DNA of 40,000 bases. It comes from an uncultured Flammeovirgaceae bacterium. GTDB taxonomy: Bacteria > Bacteroidota > Bacteroidia > Cytophagales > Cyclobacteriaceae. Position numbers and translations under genes: made by a program. Below, piece by piece: positions 9,869 to 19,089 of this stretch (positions are counted from its first letter, which is position 1; every line of letters begins with the position of its first letter). The DNA is taken from positions 23,633-63,632 of the forward strand of contig CAJXAT010000002.1 in NCBI GenBank assembly GCA_913050055.1, given 5' to 3'. Below the pieces are notes generated by a model that saw only the letters and a list, made by a program, of their open reading frames with translations, was not told where the DNA came from and searched no databases.

Positions 9869-10111
9869 TTATTTTTGATATCTCTTCTTGAATTTCTCAA
9901 CACGTCCCGCCGTGTCGACAAATAATTTTTTCCCTGTATAAAAGGGATGTGAGGCTGAGCTTACTTCAATTTTCACCAACGGATATTCATTCCCGTCCTC
10001 CCATTTAATGGTATCCGACGACTTCATTGTTGACTTGGTCAAAAATTTGAAGTTACTTGACGTGTCTAAGAACACAACTTCTTTATATTCGGGATGTAAA
10101 TCTTTTTTCAT
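9869..10111 (-). CDS. rpmE2: 50S ribosomal protein L31 type B
   Basis: [47 protein letters not shown]; lacks the CxxC pair. Confidence 0.93.
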   Translation of the reverse strand: MKKDLHPEYKEVVFLDTSSNFKFLTKSTMKSSDTIKWEDGNEYPLVKIEVSSASHPFYTGKKLFVDTAGRVEKFKKRYQK

Positions 10112-10142
10112 GAGTAGAATTATATAATTTCAAAAAGGATTG

Positions 10143-10150
10143 CAAACATA
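10143..10150 (-). promoter_or_regulatory. Bacteroidota-type -7 box (TATGTTTG) upstream of rpmE2
   Basis: Matches TAnnTTTG about 32 nt upstream of the rpmE2 start; no clear -33 TTG seen. Confidence 0.35.
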
Positions 10151-10246
10151 GATATAAATTTGTGTAATAAAAAAGTCCAATTTTTAATAAATTTTAAGTT
10201 TTTAAGAATATTCACATCAAATGAACCGTCTCTCTCCCCATTAGAC

Positions 10247-10254
10247 TACTTTTG
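10247..10254 (+). promoter_or_regulatory. Candidate -7 box (TACTTTTG) upstream of ABC exporter gene
   Basis: Matches TAnnTTTG; would imply a ~135-nt leader before the ATG at 10396. Confidence 0.3.
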
Positions 10255-10321
10255 TGTATCGTAGGGGTATGCGCTCTTGCTTGAACGAATGAATACATTA
10301 ATTGATAACAGGGTGTTTTTA

Positions 10322-10369
10322 ACGGAGTATTATACTTTAAATAATACAAACAGCCCCTTTTCACTCCGT
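10322..10369 (+). other. Stem-forming leader sequence upstream of ABC exporter
   Basis: acggagt (10322-10328) / actccgt (10363-10369), and gtattat (10327-10333) / ataatac (10341-10347). Confidence 0.45.
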
Positions 10370-10395
10370 CCGGTTGTAACCAATAAACTCCCCGC

Positions 10396-12246
10396 ATGAA
10401 TACATATTTTAGACTGCTTCAATACGCAAAACCTTACAAGTGGTTGATCCCTCAATACTTTATTTATACGTTGTTATTTGTTCTCTTCAGTGTAGTTAAC
10501 CTAGCTGTTTTAGCTCCCTTACTCAATTTACTGTTTAAGCCCGCTTCGACAGCTGCAACCGAATCAACTTCAGTTGAGCCTGATCCTTGGTCACTAGAGC
10601 AATTTTATACATATTTAAATGAATTTATTGCTACGCAAACCAAAGAAGATGCCCTTTACGCCATCTGCCTGATTCTCATCATTTCCGTAGTCTTTGCCAA
10701 CCTCTTTAATTATCTGACCCTTATGCTTCAGGCAAAAGCGCGAATAAATGCGGTAACAAACCTCAGAAATTCAGTTTTTAATCGAATTACCGAATTGGAT
10801 ATGGGTTATTTTACGGACGCTCGCAAAGGAGATCTCATGACCAAAGTAAGCACCGATGTTCAAAACATAGAAGCTACCATTGTCAATTCGCTCACGGTCC
10901 TTTTCAAAGAACCTTTTTTAATTTTGGGCTATTTCTTTGTCTTATTTTTTATCTCTACAGAGCTCACTTTGTACACGCTGCTTTTAGTTCCTGTCTCTGG
11001 ATCAGCCATTTCTTACATTGCTAAAAGGCTGAAAAGAAGAGCCCAATTTACTCAAGAATCTATCAGCAGGTTAACCAATATACTAGAAGAAACGTTATCA
11101 GGCATAAGAGTCATCAAAGCATTTAATGCACAATGGTACACGCAAAAAAAATTCACAAGCGAGGCTGGCGTTTATGCTCACCAAAGCATGAGAATGGCCA
11201 TAAAATCAAATCTTTCAGCACCTCTGTCTCAGGTACTCGGCACCTCAATGCTCTGTTTAATCTTATTAATTGGAGGCCATATGGTATTGAGTGATTCGTA
11301 TCAATTAGATCCTTCCAAATTTATTCTCTTTTTAATCACTTTTGGTCAACTCATCGTCCCTGCCAAGAACATTGCCAATGCTTTTACTAATATTCAGAAA
11401 GGGTTGATTTCAAGTGAGCGCGTATTTCAACTAATTGATACACCCATAAAGGTAACCGACCATGCAAATTCACAAGATTTAATAAACTTCAAAACACATA
11501 TCTCCTTCGAGGGGGTCGATTTTGCTTATGAAGATCGAAAAGTGCTCAATGACATCAGTTTCCATATCGCCAAAGGAAGCACTGTGGCCATGGTAGGCCA
11601 ATCTGGAGGAGGGAAATCAACCATTGCTGATCTCTTGGCCCGATTTTATGATCCCACAGAAGGCTCAATCAAAGTAGATGGACAAGACATCAAAGACATT
11701 ACCATCTCCTCTCTAAGAAAAAAAATGGGTATTGTCACCCAAGAGTCCATTTTATTTAATGATACCATCCGTCAAAATATTTCCTTTGGAAAAGCTGAGG
11801 CTAACTTAGAAGAAATCATCGCAGCCGCTAAAATCGCAAATGCACATCAGTTTATCATGCAGCTTGAAAAGGGTTATGATACCGTCATTGGTGAGCGAGG
11901 ATCTAAATTGTCAGGAGGACAAAAACAAAGAATGAGCATCGCACGTGCGCTTCTAAAAAACTCTGAAATCCTCATTTTGGATGAGGCTACTTCAGCCCTG
12001 GATTCTGAGTCTGAAAAACTGGTGCAAGATGCGATACTCAATCTGACAAAAAACAGGACGACCTTAGTGATTGCCCATAGATTAAGTACCATCCAAAATG
12101 CAGACCTAATTTTGGTCCTCAAAGAGGGGAAAATCATTCAATCAGGCACCCATCTGGAATTAATTAAGGAAGCGGGAGTTTATAAAACGCTTCTGGAAAT
12201 TCAGAATCTGCCCCATTCGCAAACAGCATCAAGTTCCTCAAAATAA
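10396..12246 (+). CDS. ABC transporter, fused permease/ATP-binding (MsbA-like lipid/drug exporter)
   Basis: TM domain plus Walker A (VGQSGGGKSTIADLLARFYDP), LSGGQKQRMSIARALLKN, LILDEATSALD. Confidence 0.93.
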   Translation: MNTYFRLLQYAKPYKWLIPQYFIYTLLFVLFSVVNLAVLAPLLNLLFKPASTAATESTSVEPDPWSLEQFYTYLNEFIATQTKEDALYAICLILIISVVFANLFNYLTLMLQAKARINAVTNLRNSVFNRITELDMGYFTDARKGDLMTKVSTDVQNIEATIVNSLTVLFKEPFLILGYFFVLFFISTELTLYTLLLVPVSGSAISYIAKRLKRRAQFTQESISRLTNILEETLSGIRVIKAFNAQWYTQKKFTSEAGVYAHQSMRMAIKSNLSAPLSQVLGTSMLCLILLIGGHMVLSDSYQLDPSKFILFLITFGQLIVPAKNIANAFTNIQKGLISSERVFQLIDTPIKVTDHANSQDLINFKTHISFEGVDFAYEDRKVLNDISFHIAKGSTVAMVGQSGGGKSTIADLLARFYDPTEGSIKVDGQDIKDITISSLRKKMGIVTQESILFNDTIRQNISFGKAEANLEEIIAAAKIANAHQFIMQLEKGYDTVIGERGSKLSGGQKQRMSIARALLKNSEILILDEATSALDSESEKLVQDAILNLTKNRTTLVIAHRLSTIQNADLILVLKEGKIIQSGTHLELIKEAGVYKTLLEIQNLPHSQTASSSSK

Positions 12247-12298
12247 TAACTTCATTTATCCTTTATATATTAACTTTAAATATCTCATTTGAACTAAA

Positions 12299-12664
12299 AT
12301 GATAAAGTTTACAAACGCTTTTTCGATTCTTTACCTCGTGGCAGCCATCTCATCTATCATGATGATCTATTACGAGGCTATCATACTCGAGACCCTTCAA
12401 AATTGGGGCTACTGGTTGAGTCTCAAACAACTCCCAGTGATTGGAGCCAATCTGATTTTACTGTTATCGGTGCTGATGTTACTCGAAGTCATTTTTCAAA
12501 AGTTCGCCATCAACAAGCTTAAAAATAAAATCAGGGAGCAAATGGCTGAGGTCATGTCCATAAAATCAAAATTATATGATCAAATAACCCATGATGATGG
12601 CTCCAATTCTGAATCAAAAGATGACCCTAACCAAACTTCTTTAGAAGAAAATGAAGATTACTAA
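12299..12664 (+). CDS. Hypothetical membrane protein (two predicted TM segments)
   Basis: 121 aa, hydrophobic N-terminal half, charged coiled-coil-like tail; overlaps next CDS by 14 nt. Confidence 0.6.
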   Translation: MIKFTNAFSILYLVAAISSIMMIYYEAIILETLQNWGYWLSLKQLPVIGANLILLLSVLMLLEVIFQKFAINKLKNKIREQMAEVMSIKSKLYDQITHDDGSNSESKDDPNQTSLEENEDY

Positions 12665-13241
12665 TCAGATTGAAATAATAACACAAGAGCTGCAAGAAGC
12701 TCATCAAGTATTGTCGAACTTCATGGCAGACCCTAAGTTGATCGAAACCATCGCCGAAATGGCTCATCTTATGACCCAAGCCATAGAAAATGGAGGTAAA
12801 ATAATCACTTGTGGAAATGGAGGTTCGCATTGCGATGCAATGCATTTCGCCGAAGAACTTACCGGTCGATATAGAAATGACCGTAAATCCCTTCCTGCCA
12901 TCACTATTTCGGATGCAGCACACCTCACTTGTGTGGGTAATGATTATGGTTATGAATTCATATTTTCAAGATTTATCGAGGGGATGGGCAATAATGGAGA
13001 TGTGCTCTTAGCCATCAGCACGAGTGGCAATTCTATGAACATTGTTAATGCAGTAAAGGCCGCAAAAGAAAAGAATATGAAAACCATAGTACTCGCCGGA
13101 AAAAATGGGGGTAAATTGGCAGAGATGGCAGATAAGATATTGATTGTACCGCATTTTGGATTTGCCGATAGGATTCAAGAAATACATATCAAGATTATCC
13201 ACATTATGATCTTATTGATTGAGCAAAAAATAACTCATTAA
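12651..13241 (+). CDS. gmhA: Phosphoheptose isomerase (D-sedoheptulose-7-phosphate isomerase), SIS domain
   Basis: [52 protein letters not shown]. Confidence 0.9.
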   Translation: MKITNQIEIITQELQEAHQVLSNFMADPKLIETIAEMAHLMTQAIENGGKIITCGNGGSHCDAMHFAEELTGRYRNDRKSLPAITISDAAHLTCVGNDYGYEFIFSRFIEGMGNNGDVLLAISTSGNSMNIVNAVKAAKEKNMKTIVLAGKNGGKLAEMADKILIVPHFGFADRIQEIHIKIIHIMILLIEQKITH

Positions 13242-13566
13242 TGATCTAATTTTGAGAAGCATCCTTCAAAGGATAGTTTCCTAGCGAGTTTACGCAGATC
13301 TCATTATAAAACATTCAGATCCAGAATGGTTTCATAAAATAATAAAATACGATCAATTAAAAGAGCTTGATTCTTGCAAATTAGATCAGTTTAGTAAGTC
13401 TAGCAATATGCGGCCAACTAATAGGCATAGGACTTAATTCATTACACAAAAACTCAGATTCAAGACATTAAATACTGACTGGGGAAGTAAAGTTGATTCT
13501 AGATTTGTAAGTGCGACAAGTGTCCTGTATTTTGACCTACTCTATCAATGATTATTTTAATAAATT

Positions 13567-15109
13567 ATATTAGCTAAAACCTATGGCAGTGCAGTGTACG
13601 GTGTTGATGCCTTCATTATAACAATTGAGGTAGATGTTGGCCAAGGAACCCAATTTTTTATGGTAGGACTGCCTGATTCAGCAGTTAAAGAAAGTCAACA
13701 GCGGGTGGAGGCAGCAATTAAGTTTTATAACTACCACATGCCCCGTCAGAAGATTATGGTAAATTTGGCTCCAACCGATATCAAAAAAGAAGGCTCCTTT
13801 TATGACCTCCCCATTGCATTAGCCATCTTAAGCGCCTCTAACCAAGTTCATATACCCATGCTTGATCAATATTTAGTGATGGGAGAATTATCCCTGGACG
13901 GCCAATTGCGCCCACTCAGAGGTATCTTGCCCATTGCGATCGAAGCTCGAAAACAAGGATTTAAAGGATTTATATTACCCAAAGAAAATGCGAGGGAAGC
14001 GGCCATTGTAGATCAGTTAGAAATCGTTGGTGTCACAAATATCAAAGAAGCAGTGGAACATTTAAATGGGAAAATATCATTGCTCCCATGCAGTATGATA
14101 CCCGAGAAAACTTCGAGTAATCAAAATGAATACGAGGTAGATTTTTCAGACGTACAAGGGCAAGAAAACATCAAAAGAGCTTTTGAAATTGCCGCCGCAG
14201 GGGGGAATAATGTCATCATGATTGGGCCTCCGGGGGCAGGTAAAACCATGTTGGCCAAAAGACTTCCTTCCATTTTACCCCCTTTAAACCTTTATGAAGC
14301 CCTAGAAACGACCAAAATACATTCTGTTGCAGGAAAACTCGGAGTCGATGCTCATCTCATTTCGGCACGCCCATTTCAGGCATCAGGCACCCCACCATAC
14401 GGTAAGTGATGTCGCGCTGGTAGGCGGAGGAAGTATTCCGCAACGTGGTGAAATTTCTTTGGCCAATAATGGTATTCTTTTTTTAGACTAGCTTCCTGAA
14501 TTTAAACGTTCGGCCCTTGAGGTCCTCAGGCAGCCCCTCGAAGAGCGCCACATCACAATCTCTAGAGCACGAATGTCTATTGATTATCCTGCGAATTTTA
14601 TGTTGATTGCGAGCATGAACCCTTGTCCCTGCGGCTTTTATAACCATCCAGAAAAAGAATGTATATGTCCCCCAGGTGCCGTGCAGCGTTATCTCAATAA
14701 AATCAGTGGCACGTTGCTGGATCGTATAGATCTTCATGTGGAGGTGACCCCTATTTCCTTTGATCAGATGACTTCAAATAGAAAGTCTGAAAATAGTACG
14801 GCGATTCGTGATCGTGTCATCTCGGCTCAAAATCGTCAGAAATTAAGATTTGAAAGGCATACTGCCATTCATAATAACGCGATGATGCCTTCGCAAATGG
14901 TCAAAAATATCTACTCCATTAATGCCGCAGGTATGCTATTACTAAAAACAGCTATGGATAGATTAGGGCTTTCGACCAGGGCCTATGATAGAATTTTGAA
15001 AGTCGCTCGCACCATTGCCGATCTAGCAGGAAAAGATGATATTCTCATCGAACATCTAGCCGAAGCCATTCAATATAGAAGTTTGGATCGCGAAAATTGG
15101 GCGGGTTAG
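13567..15109 (+). pseudogene. comM: YifB/ComM-family Mg-chelatase-like AAA ATPase, inactivated
   Basis: Homologous sequence is continuous from ATA-TTA-GCT-AAA-ACC-TAT-GGC-AGT-GCA (xLAKTYGSAVYG) to ...YRSLDRENWAG; the start is ATA, a 7-bp duplication at 14376-14389 shifts frame, and TAG at 14489-14491 lies in LFLD*LPEF. Removing 7 bp gives exactly 512 codons. Confidence 0.9.
14376..14389 (+). repeat. 7-bp exact tandem duplication (TCAGGCA x2) inside the comM pseudogene
   Basis: tcaggca|tcaggca; deleting one copy restores [19 protein letters not shown]. Confidence 0.95.
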
Positions 15110-15141
15110 TGGGGCTTAACGTCTGGTTTTTTACATACAAA

Positions 15142-15208
15142 AAATTTAGGGTGGATGGCCAAGAAATAATTGGACTTTCGTTCAAGTAACAATTATTGTC
15201 CTAAATTT
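15142..15208. repeat. Nested inverted repeat between comM pseudogene and ceramidase-like gene
   Basis: aaatttagg (15142-15150) / cctaaattt (15200-15208); inner aataattg (15165-15172) / caattatt (15190-15197). Confidence 0.6.
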
Positions 15209-15276
15209 AATCTCATAATATTTGCAGATAATTTCAACCCTAATAAAATATTGATCCCAGAACAAATCAAAATAGC

Positions 15277-16626
15277 ATGCTCAAAAAAACGCTCCTCCTC
15301 ACTTCTGGTCTCCTCATTCTCTTTTTTTCCAGCATCCTTACTCGTATAGATCGTACCCCATACAAGGCGCTTGATTTTTATAAAAAAAGTATCTATGAAA
15401 TCAATCAGTTACTGACAAAAAATCACATTCCCTCCATCGGGGATACCTTGTTGATAGGGTTCGCCCGGGCCAACTTAACACCTCCCGACTTGGCTCCTTT
15501 AGCGGGTTATGGGAATCGACGACCCAAAGAAATGACGAGCGTTCATGACTCCATCTACGTTAACACTACCGTCATAAACAATGGTAAAAATAAAATCGCC
15601 ATCGTCTCAGCAGACCTGTTAATTATTCCGCCAGAAGTAACTGCCCTTTTAAAAGAAAACCTTTTTAACTCGGGTTGGTCCGTACCGGAAATTTTTCTTT
15701 CCGCCACCCACACGCATTCCAGTTTAGGGGGTTGGGCCCCTGGTTTGGTAGGCAATATGATCGCAGGAACCTACGATGTCAAATATCCTGAATTTATCGC
15801 CAATCAAATCATAGCCAGTATTCAGATGGCTGAGAAAAAGTTAAATGCTGGTGCCTGGAGTTTTAATGAATTATCCATTCCTTCATTGATTAATAATCGA
15901 CTCGTCGGTACCCAAGGCATTACCGATCCCTCCTTAAAACTCATGGCCTTAAAATCAGGCATGCAAGAAGGAGTACATGTATTTTACGGTGCCCATGCCA
16001 CTTGCCTATCTGGTGAAAATAAAGAAATGTCTAGAGATTATCCCGGCGTTTTCTCTGATTGGGTGGTGAACCATACTCCCCTCGATTTTGCTGTTTACAG
16101 CGCCGGCGCCGTAGCAAGCATGGGTCCTGAAACCGGTCTAAGACAAGGATTTGACCGCGCTCAATTTATGGGTGAAGAAATGGCCAAGCAAGTTGCTTTA
16201 ATTCAGCAATTTGGATTCCCTTATGAAAACCAATTAAATCTTAACTTTATTAGAATCCCCCTTTTTTTAAGACAGCCTATGGTCAAAATTTCTGAAAACT
16301 GGGCGCTTCGTCCATGGGTCTTTAAATGGGCATTTGGTCACTCCCCATTGGAAATCTCCATGATTCAGCTCAATGATTTGGTCATGATTGGATTGCCTTG
16401 TGATTTCTCTGGGGAATTGGCAGTGGAGTTGTATGCCTATGCCAAGTCCAAAAATCTAAATCTAATTATCTCATCATTTAACGGTGGATATGCAGGATAT
16501 GTCCCTGATGACAAATGGTACGATTTGGAAAAATACGAGCCCCGCTCCATGAGTTGGTATGGGCATGATAATGGTGCCTATTTTGTTGAGATCATCAAAC
16601 TTTTAATCGATTACAATCAATCATGA
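15277..16626 (+). CDS. Neutral/alkaline non-lysosomal ceramidase N-terminal domain protein
   Basis: IGFARANLTPPDLAPLAGYG, VSADLLIIPPEV, SATHTHSSLGGW, GAHATCLSGENKEMSRDYPG. Confidence 0.82.
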   Translation: MLKKTLLLTSGLLILFFSSILTRIDRTPYKALDFYKKSIYEINQLLTKNHIPSIGDTLLIGFARANLTPPDLAPLAGYGNRRPKEMTSVHDSIYVNTTVINNGKNKIAIVSADLLIIPPEVTALLKENLFNSGWSVPEIFLSATHTHSSLGGWAPGLVGNMIAGTYDVKYPEFIANQIIASIQMAEKKLNAGAWSFNELSIPSLINNRLVGTQGITDPSLKLMALKSGMQEGVHVFYGAHATCLSGENKEMSRDYPGVFSDWVVNHTPLDFAVYSAGAVASMGPETGLRQGFDRAQFMGEEMAKQVALIQQFGFPYENQLNLNFIRIPLFLRQPMVKISENWALRPWVFKWAFGHSPLEISMIQLNDLVMIGLPCDFSGELAVELYAYAKSKNLNLIISSFNGGYAGYVPDDKWYDLEKYEPRSMSWYGHDNGAYFVEIIKLLIDYNQS

Positions 16627-17702
16627 ATATCACTCGACCTACTTTAATCATCGATGAAGTCAAAGCAAGAAAAAACATTGCCTTTATGGCTGGCAAGGCC
16701 AAAAAATCTAATCTGCTATTTAGGCCTCATTTTAAAACTCATCAATCTGCGACCGTAGCGCGGTGGTTCCTTGAAATGGGAGTAAACCACATTGCTGTTT
16801 CTTCTCTCGCCATGGCCCATTATTTTTATCAGCATGGTTGGGATGACATCCATATTGCCTTCCCTTACAACTTGTTGGAACATCAAGAACTCAATGAATT
16901 AGCCAAGCACATTAAGCTGACCGTATCAATCGAATCTCAGCAAGCCTTAACACATCTTAAATCCCATATGAAAACCCCCATCCGCTACATGATTAAAACG
17001 GATGTCGGTTATGGAAGAACGGGAATTGATGCGAGTAATTGGGAATCTATTTTATCATTGGCTGATCAAGGAAATTCAATATGTCAATTTTCTGGATTGA
17101 TGGCACATGCAGGGCATACTTATGATGCTAATGGTATAGATGAGATAGAAAAAGTGCATAAAAAAAGTCTCCAAAAACTGGAAATCTTAGTCAACCGGTT
17201 TATAGACCCTCCCTTTGTAAGCTATGGGGATACCCCTTCTTGTTCTGTCTCTAAAAATTTCAACTTGATCTCCGAATTTCGCTGCGGAAACTTCGTTTAT
17301 TATGATCTGACACAAGTGGCGATAGGCTCTTGTTCGGTTGATCAAATCGCAGTGGCTATGGCTTGCCCAATTGTGGCAGAACATTATGATCGTAATGAAG
17401 TGGTCATCTATGGTGGCGCCGTCCATTTTTCTAAAGATTTCGTCATAAGTCCTCGTAAGCATTTTGGCCAAATTGTAACTTTTAATAAAAATGGCTGGGT
17501 AGTTTTAGAGGGTGTCTACCTCAAAAAAATATCTCAAGAGCACGGCATCATTCATTTACCCAAAAATGTTGACAAAAAAAATCAATTCTCACTCGGCCAT
17601 ATTATCGGTATCTTACCAGTCCATTCATGCCTTACAGCAGATCTCATGATGGGGCAAGAAACACTCAGTGGTCACCCAATAGATAAAATGATGCGAATAT
17701 GA
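16623..17702 (+). CDS. D-threonine aldolase/D-serine dehydratase-like PLP enzyme (alanine racemase N-terminal fold)
   Basis: FRPHFKTHQSATVARWFLEMGVNHIAVSSLAMA, YMIKTDVGYGRTGID, LMAHAGHTYD, LPVHSCLTADLM. Confidence 0.85.
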   Translation: MNITRPTLIIDEVKARKNIAFMAGKAKKSNLLFRPHFKTHQSATVARWFLEMGVNHIAVSSLAMAHYFYQHGWDDIHIAFPYNLLEHQELNELAKHIKLTVSIESQQALTHLKSHMKTPIRYMIKTDVGYGRTGIDASNWESILSLADQGNSICQFSGLMAHAGHTYDANGIDEIEKVHKKSLQKLEILVNRFIDPPFVSYGDTPSCSVSKNFNLISEFRCGNFVYYDLTQVAIGSCSVDQIAVAMACPIVAEHYDRNEVVIYGGAVHFSKDFVISPRKHFGQIVTFNKNGWVVLEGVYLKKISQEHGIIHLPKNVDKKNQFSLGHIIGILPVHSCLTADLMMGQETLSGHPIDKMMRI

Positions 17703-18805
17703 AAAAAATTAGTATTACGGCACTTTCTATGCTCTTCTTTTATGGTGCAATAGGTGAACCAAAAGACTCCCTGGATATTATGATTGGTCAAATGATTCAG
17801 ATAGGAATTACTGATTTTGGTGATGCTTCGGTGCGTAACGAATTACGTAATCTCATCAAAACCGGTAAAGTCGGTGGGGTCATCCTTTTTGAAAAAAATC
17901 TGCAAAAAGAAGATACAAAAGTGGCATTAAAAAAAATGATTGAGGAGCTCCAAAAAGAGGCCAACATCCCTTTGTTTGTTGCCATAGATGAAGAAGGAGG
18001 CTATGTGAATCGCTTGAAACCTAAATATGGCTTCCCAAAAACTGTTTCAGCTGCCTATTTGGGGGCCATGGATGACCTAGATTCAACAAAATTCTATAGT
18101 ACCCAAACCGCTCAAACTCTTAGTTCTCTTGGTTTTAATATAAACTATGCACCATCAGTAGATGTGGCCATTAACCCTAATAACCCGGTGATTGTAAAAA
18201 ATAAGCGTAGCTATTCAAAAGATCCCAAAACGGTCGCCCGACATGCGAATGCTTATATTGAAGGGCATAAACCTTTTAATGTGGCTACTGTACTGAAGCA
18301 TTTTCCAGGTCATGGTTCCTCTCAAGTAGATACGCATTTAGGCGTCGCCGACGTCTCTAATAGCTGGCAAAAAAAGGAGTTAGAACCTTATATTACATTG
18401 ATCAAAACAGGATCTGTTCAAGCCATAATGACCGCACACATTATCAACCAAAACCTAGACGAAGACCTATTTCCAGCTACACTCTCGAAGCGAATAATTA
18501 CAGACCTTCTTCGGAGAGAATTAGGATACGAAGGAGTCATTTTTAGTGATGATATGCACATGGCGGCCATTATTAAAAACTATGGCTTCAAGGAAGCCGT
18601 AGTTTTAGCCCTCAATGCAGGTATCGATTGCCTGATTTTTTCAAATAATATTTTTACTGATGATATCATTTCTGCCAAGGCCCTTCATCATCACATCAAA
18701 ACTCAAGTTTTGATGGGTACAATAGATGCAAAAAGCATCACTCAATCCTACCGCAGACTAATCAAACTAAAATCTGCACTCGGCCTGAACTCCTTAAAGT
18801 ATTGA
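17699..18805 (+). CDS. Glycoside hydrolase family 3 N-terminal domain protein (beta-N-acetylhexosaminidase/NagZ-like)
   Basis: FVAIDEEGGYVNRLK, TVLKHFPGHGSSQVDTHLGVADV, GVIFSDDMHMAAI. Confidence 0.88.
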   Translation: MKKISITALSMLFFYGAIGEPKDSLDIMIGQMIQIGITDFGDASVRNELRNLIKTGKVGGVILFEKNLQKEDTKVALKKMIEELQKEANIPLFVAIDEEGGYVNRLKPKYGFPKTVSAAYLGAMDDLDSTKFYSTQTAQTLSSLGFNINYAPSVDVAINPNNPVIVKNKRSYSKDPKTVARHANAYIEGHKPFNVATVLKHFPGHGSSQVDTHLGVADVSNSWQKKELEPYITLIKTGSVQAIMTAHIINQNLDEDLFPATLSKRIITDLLRRELGYEGVIFSDDMHMAAIIKNYGFKEAVVLALNAGIDCLIFSNNIFTDDIISAKALHHHIKTQVLMGTIDAKSITQSYRRLIKLKSALGLNSLKY

Positions 18806-18971
18806 CCCTCAATATTGATAGAAAAATCAAGCACCTTTATTCTAAATAATTTGGATTAAGCTGTTATTTCAAAGGATTCTATAAGAAATTTGCTAATTAA
18901 TAGTATTACTATTATTATTACAGATATAAATGACTAAGCTAGATTATTTACTACTAATAACATCGGCCAAA

Positions 18972-18997
18972 GTGAATATGCTTTGTGAATATGCTTT
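18972..18997 (+). repeat. 13-bp exact tandem duplication (GTGAATATGCTTT x2), intergenic
   Basis: gtgaatatgcttt repeated back-to-back at 18972-18984 and 18985-18997. Confidence 0.9.
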
Positions 18998-19089
18998 AAG
19001 GGGACGCCTAAAAGGTAATATTAGAGGCCTAAAAATTTTCAGTTATTGGCTATTTGAAAAAAGTCATACGAATAGCGTACTTCAAAACT

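Noticed and set aside
10212-10397. 61-aa minus-strand ORF upstream of the ABC exporter
   Set aside because: No start context or homology; overlaps the probable promoter/leader of the exporter.
13261-13274. Small hairpin atccttcaaaggat after gmhA as a terminator
   Set aside because: Stem of 6 bp with a 2-nt loop and no following T-tract; too weak to call.
14489-14491. Stop-codon recoding (TAG/TGA as sense) as explanation for comM and mnmD stops
   Set aside because: Two different stop codons are involved, other genes in the window end normally at TAA/TAG/TGA, and comM also has a frameshift and a lost start, so mutation is simpler.
14483-14737. 84-aa ORF on the minus strand inside the comM remnant
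   Set aside because: Antisense to clearly homologous ComM sequence and has no recognisable motif; it is a shadow ORF.
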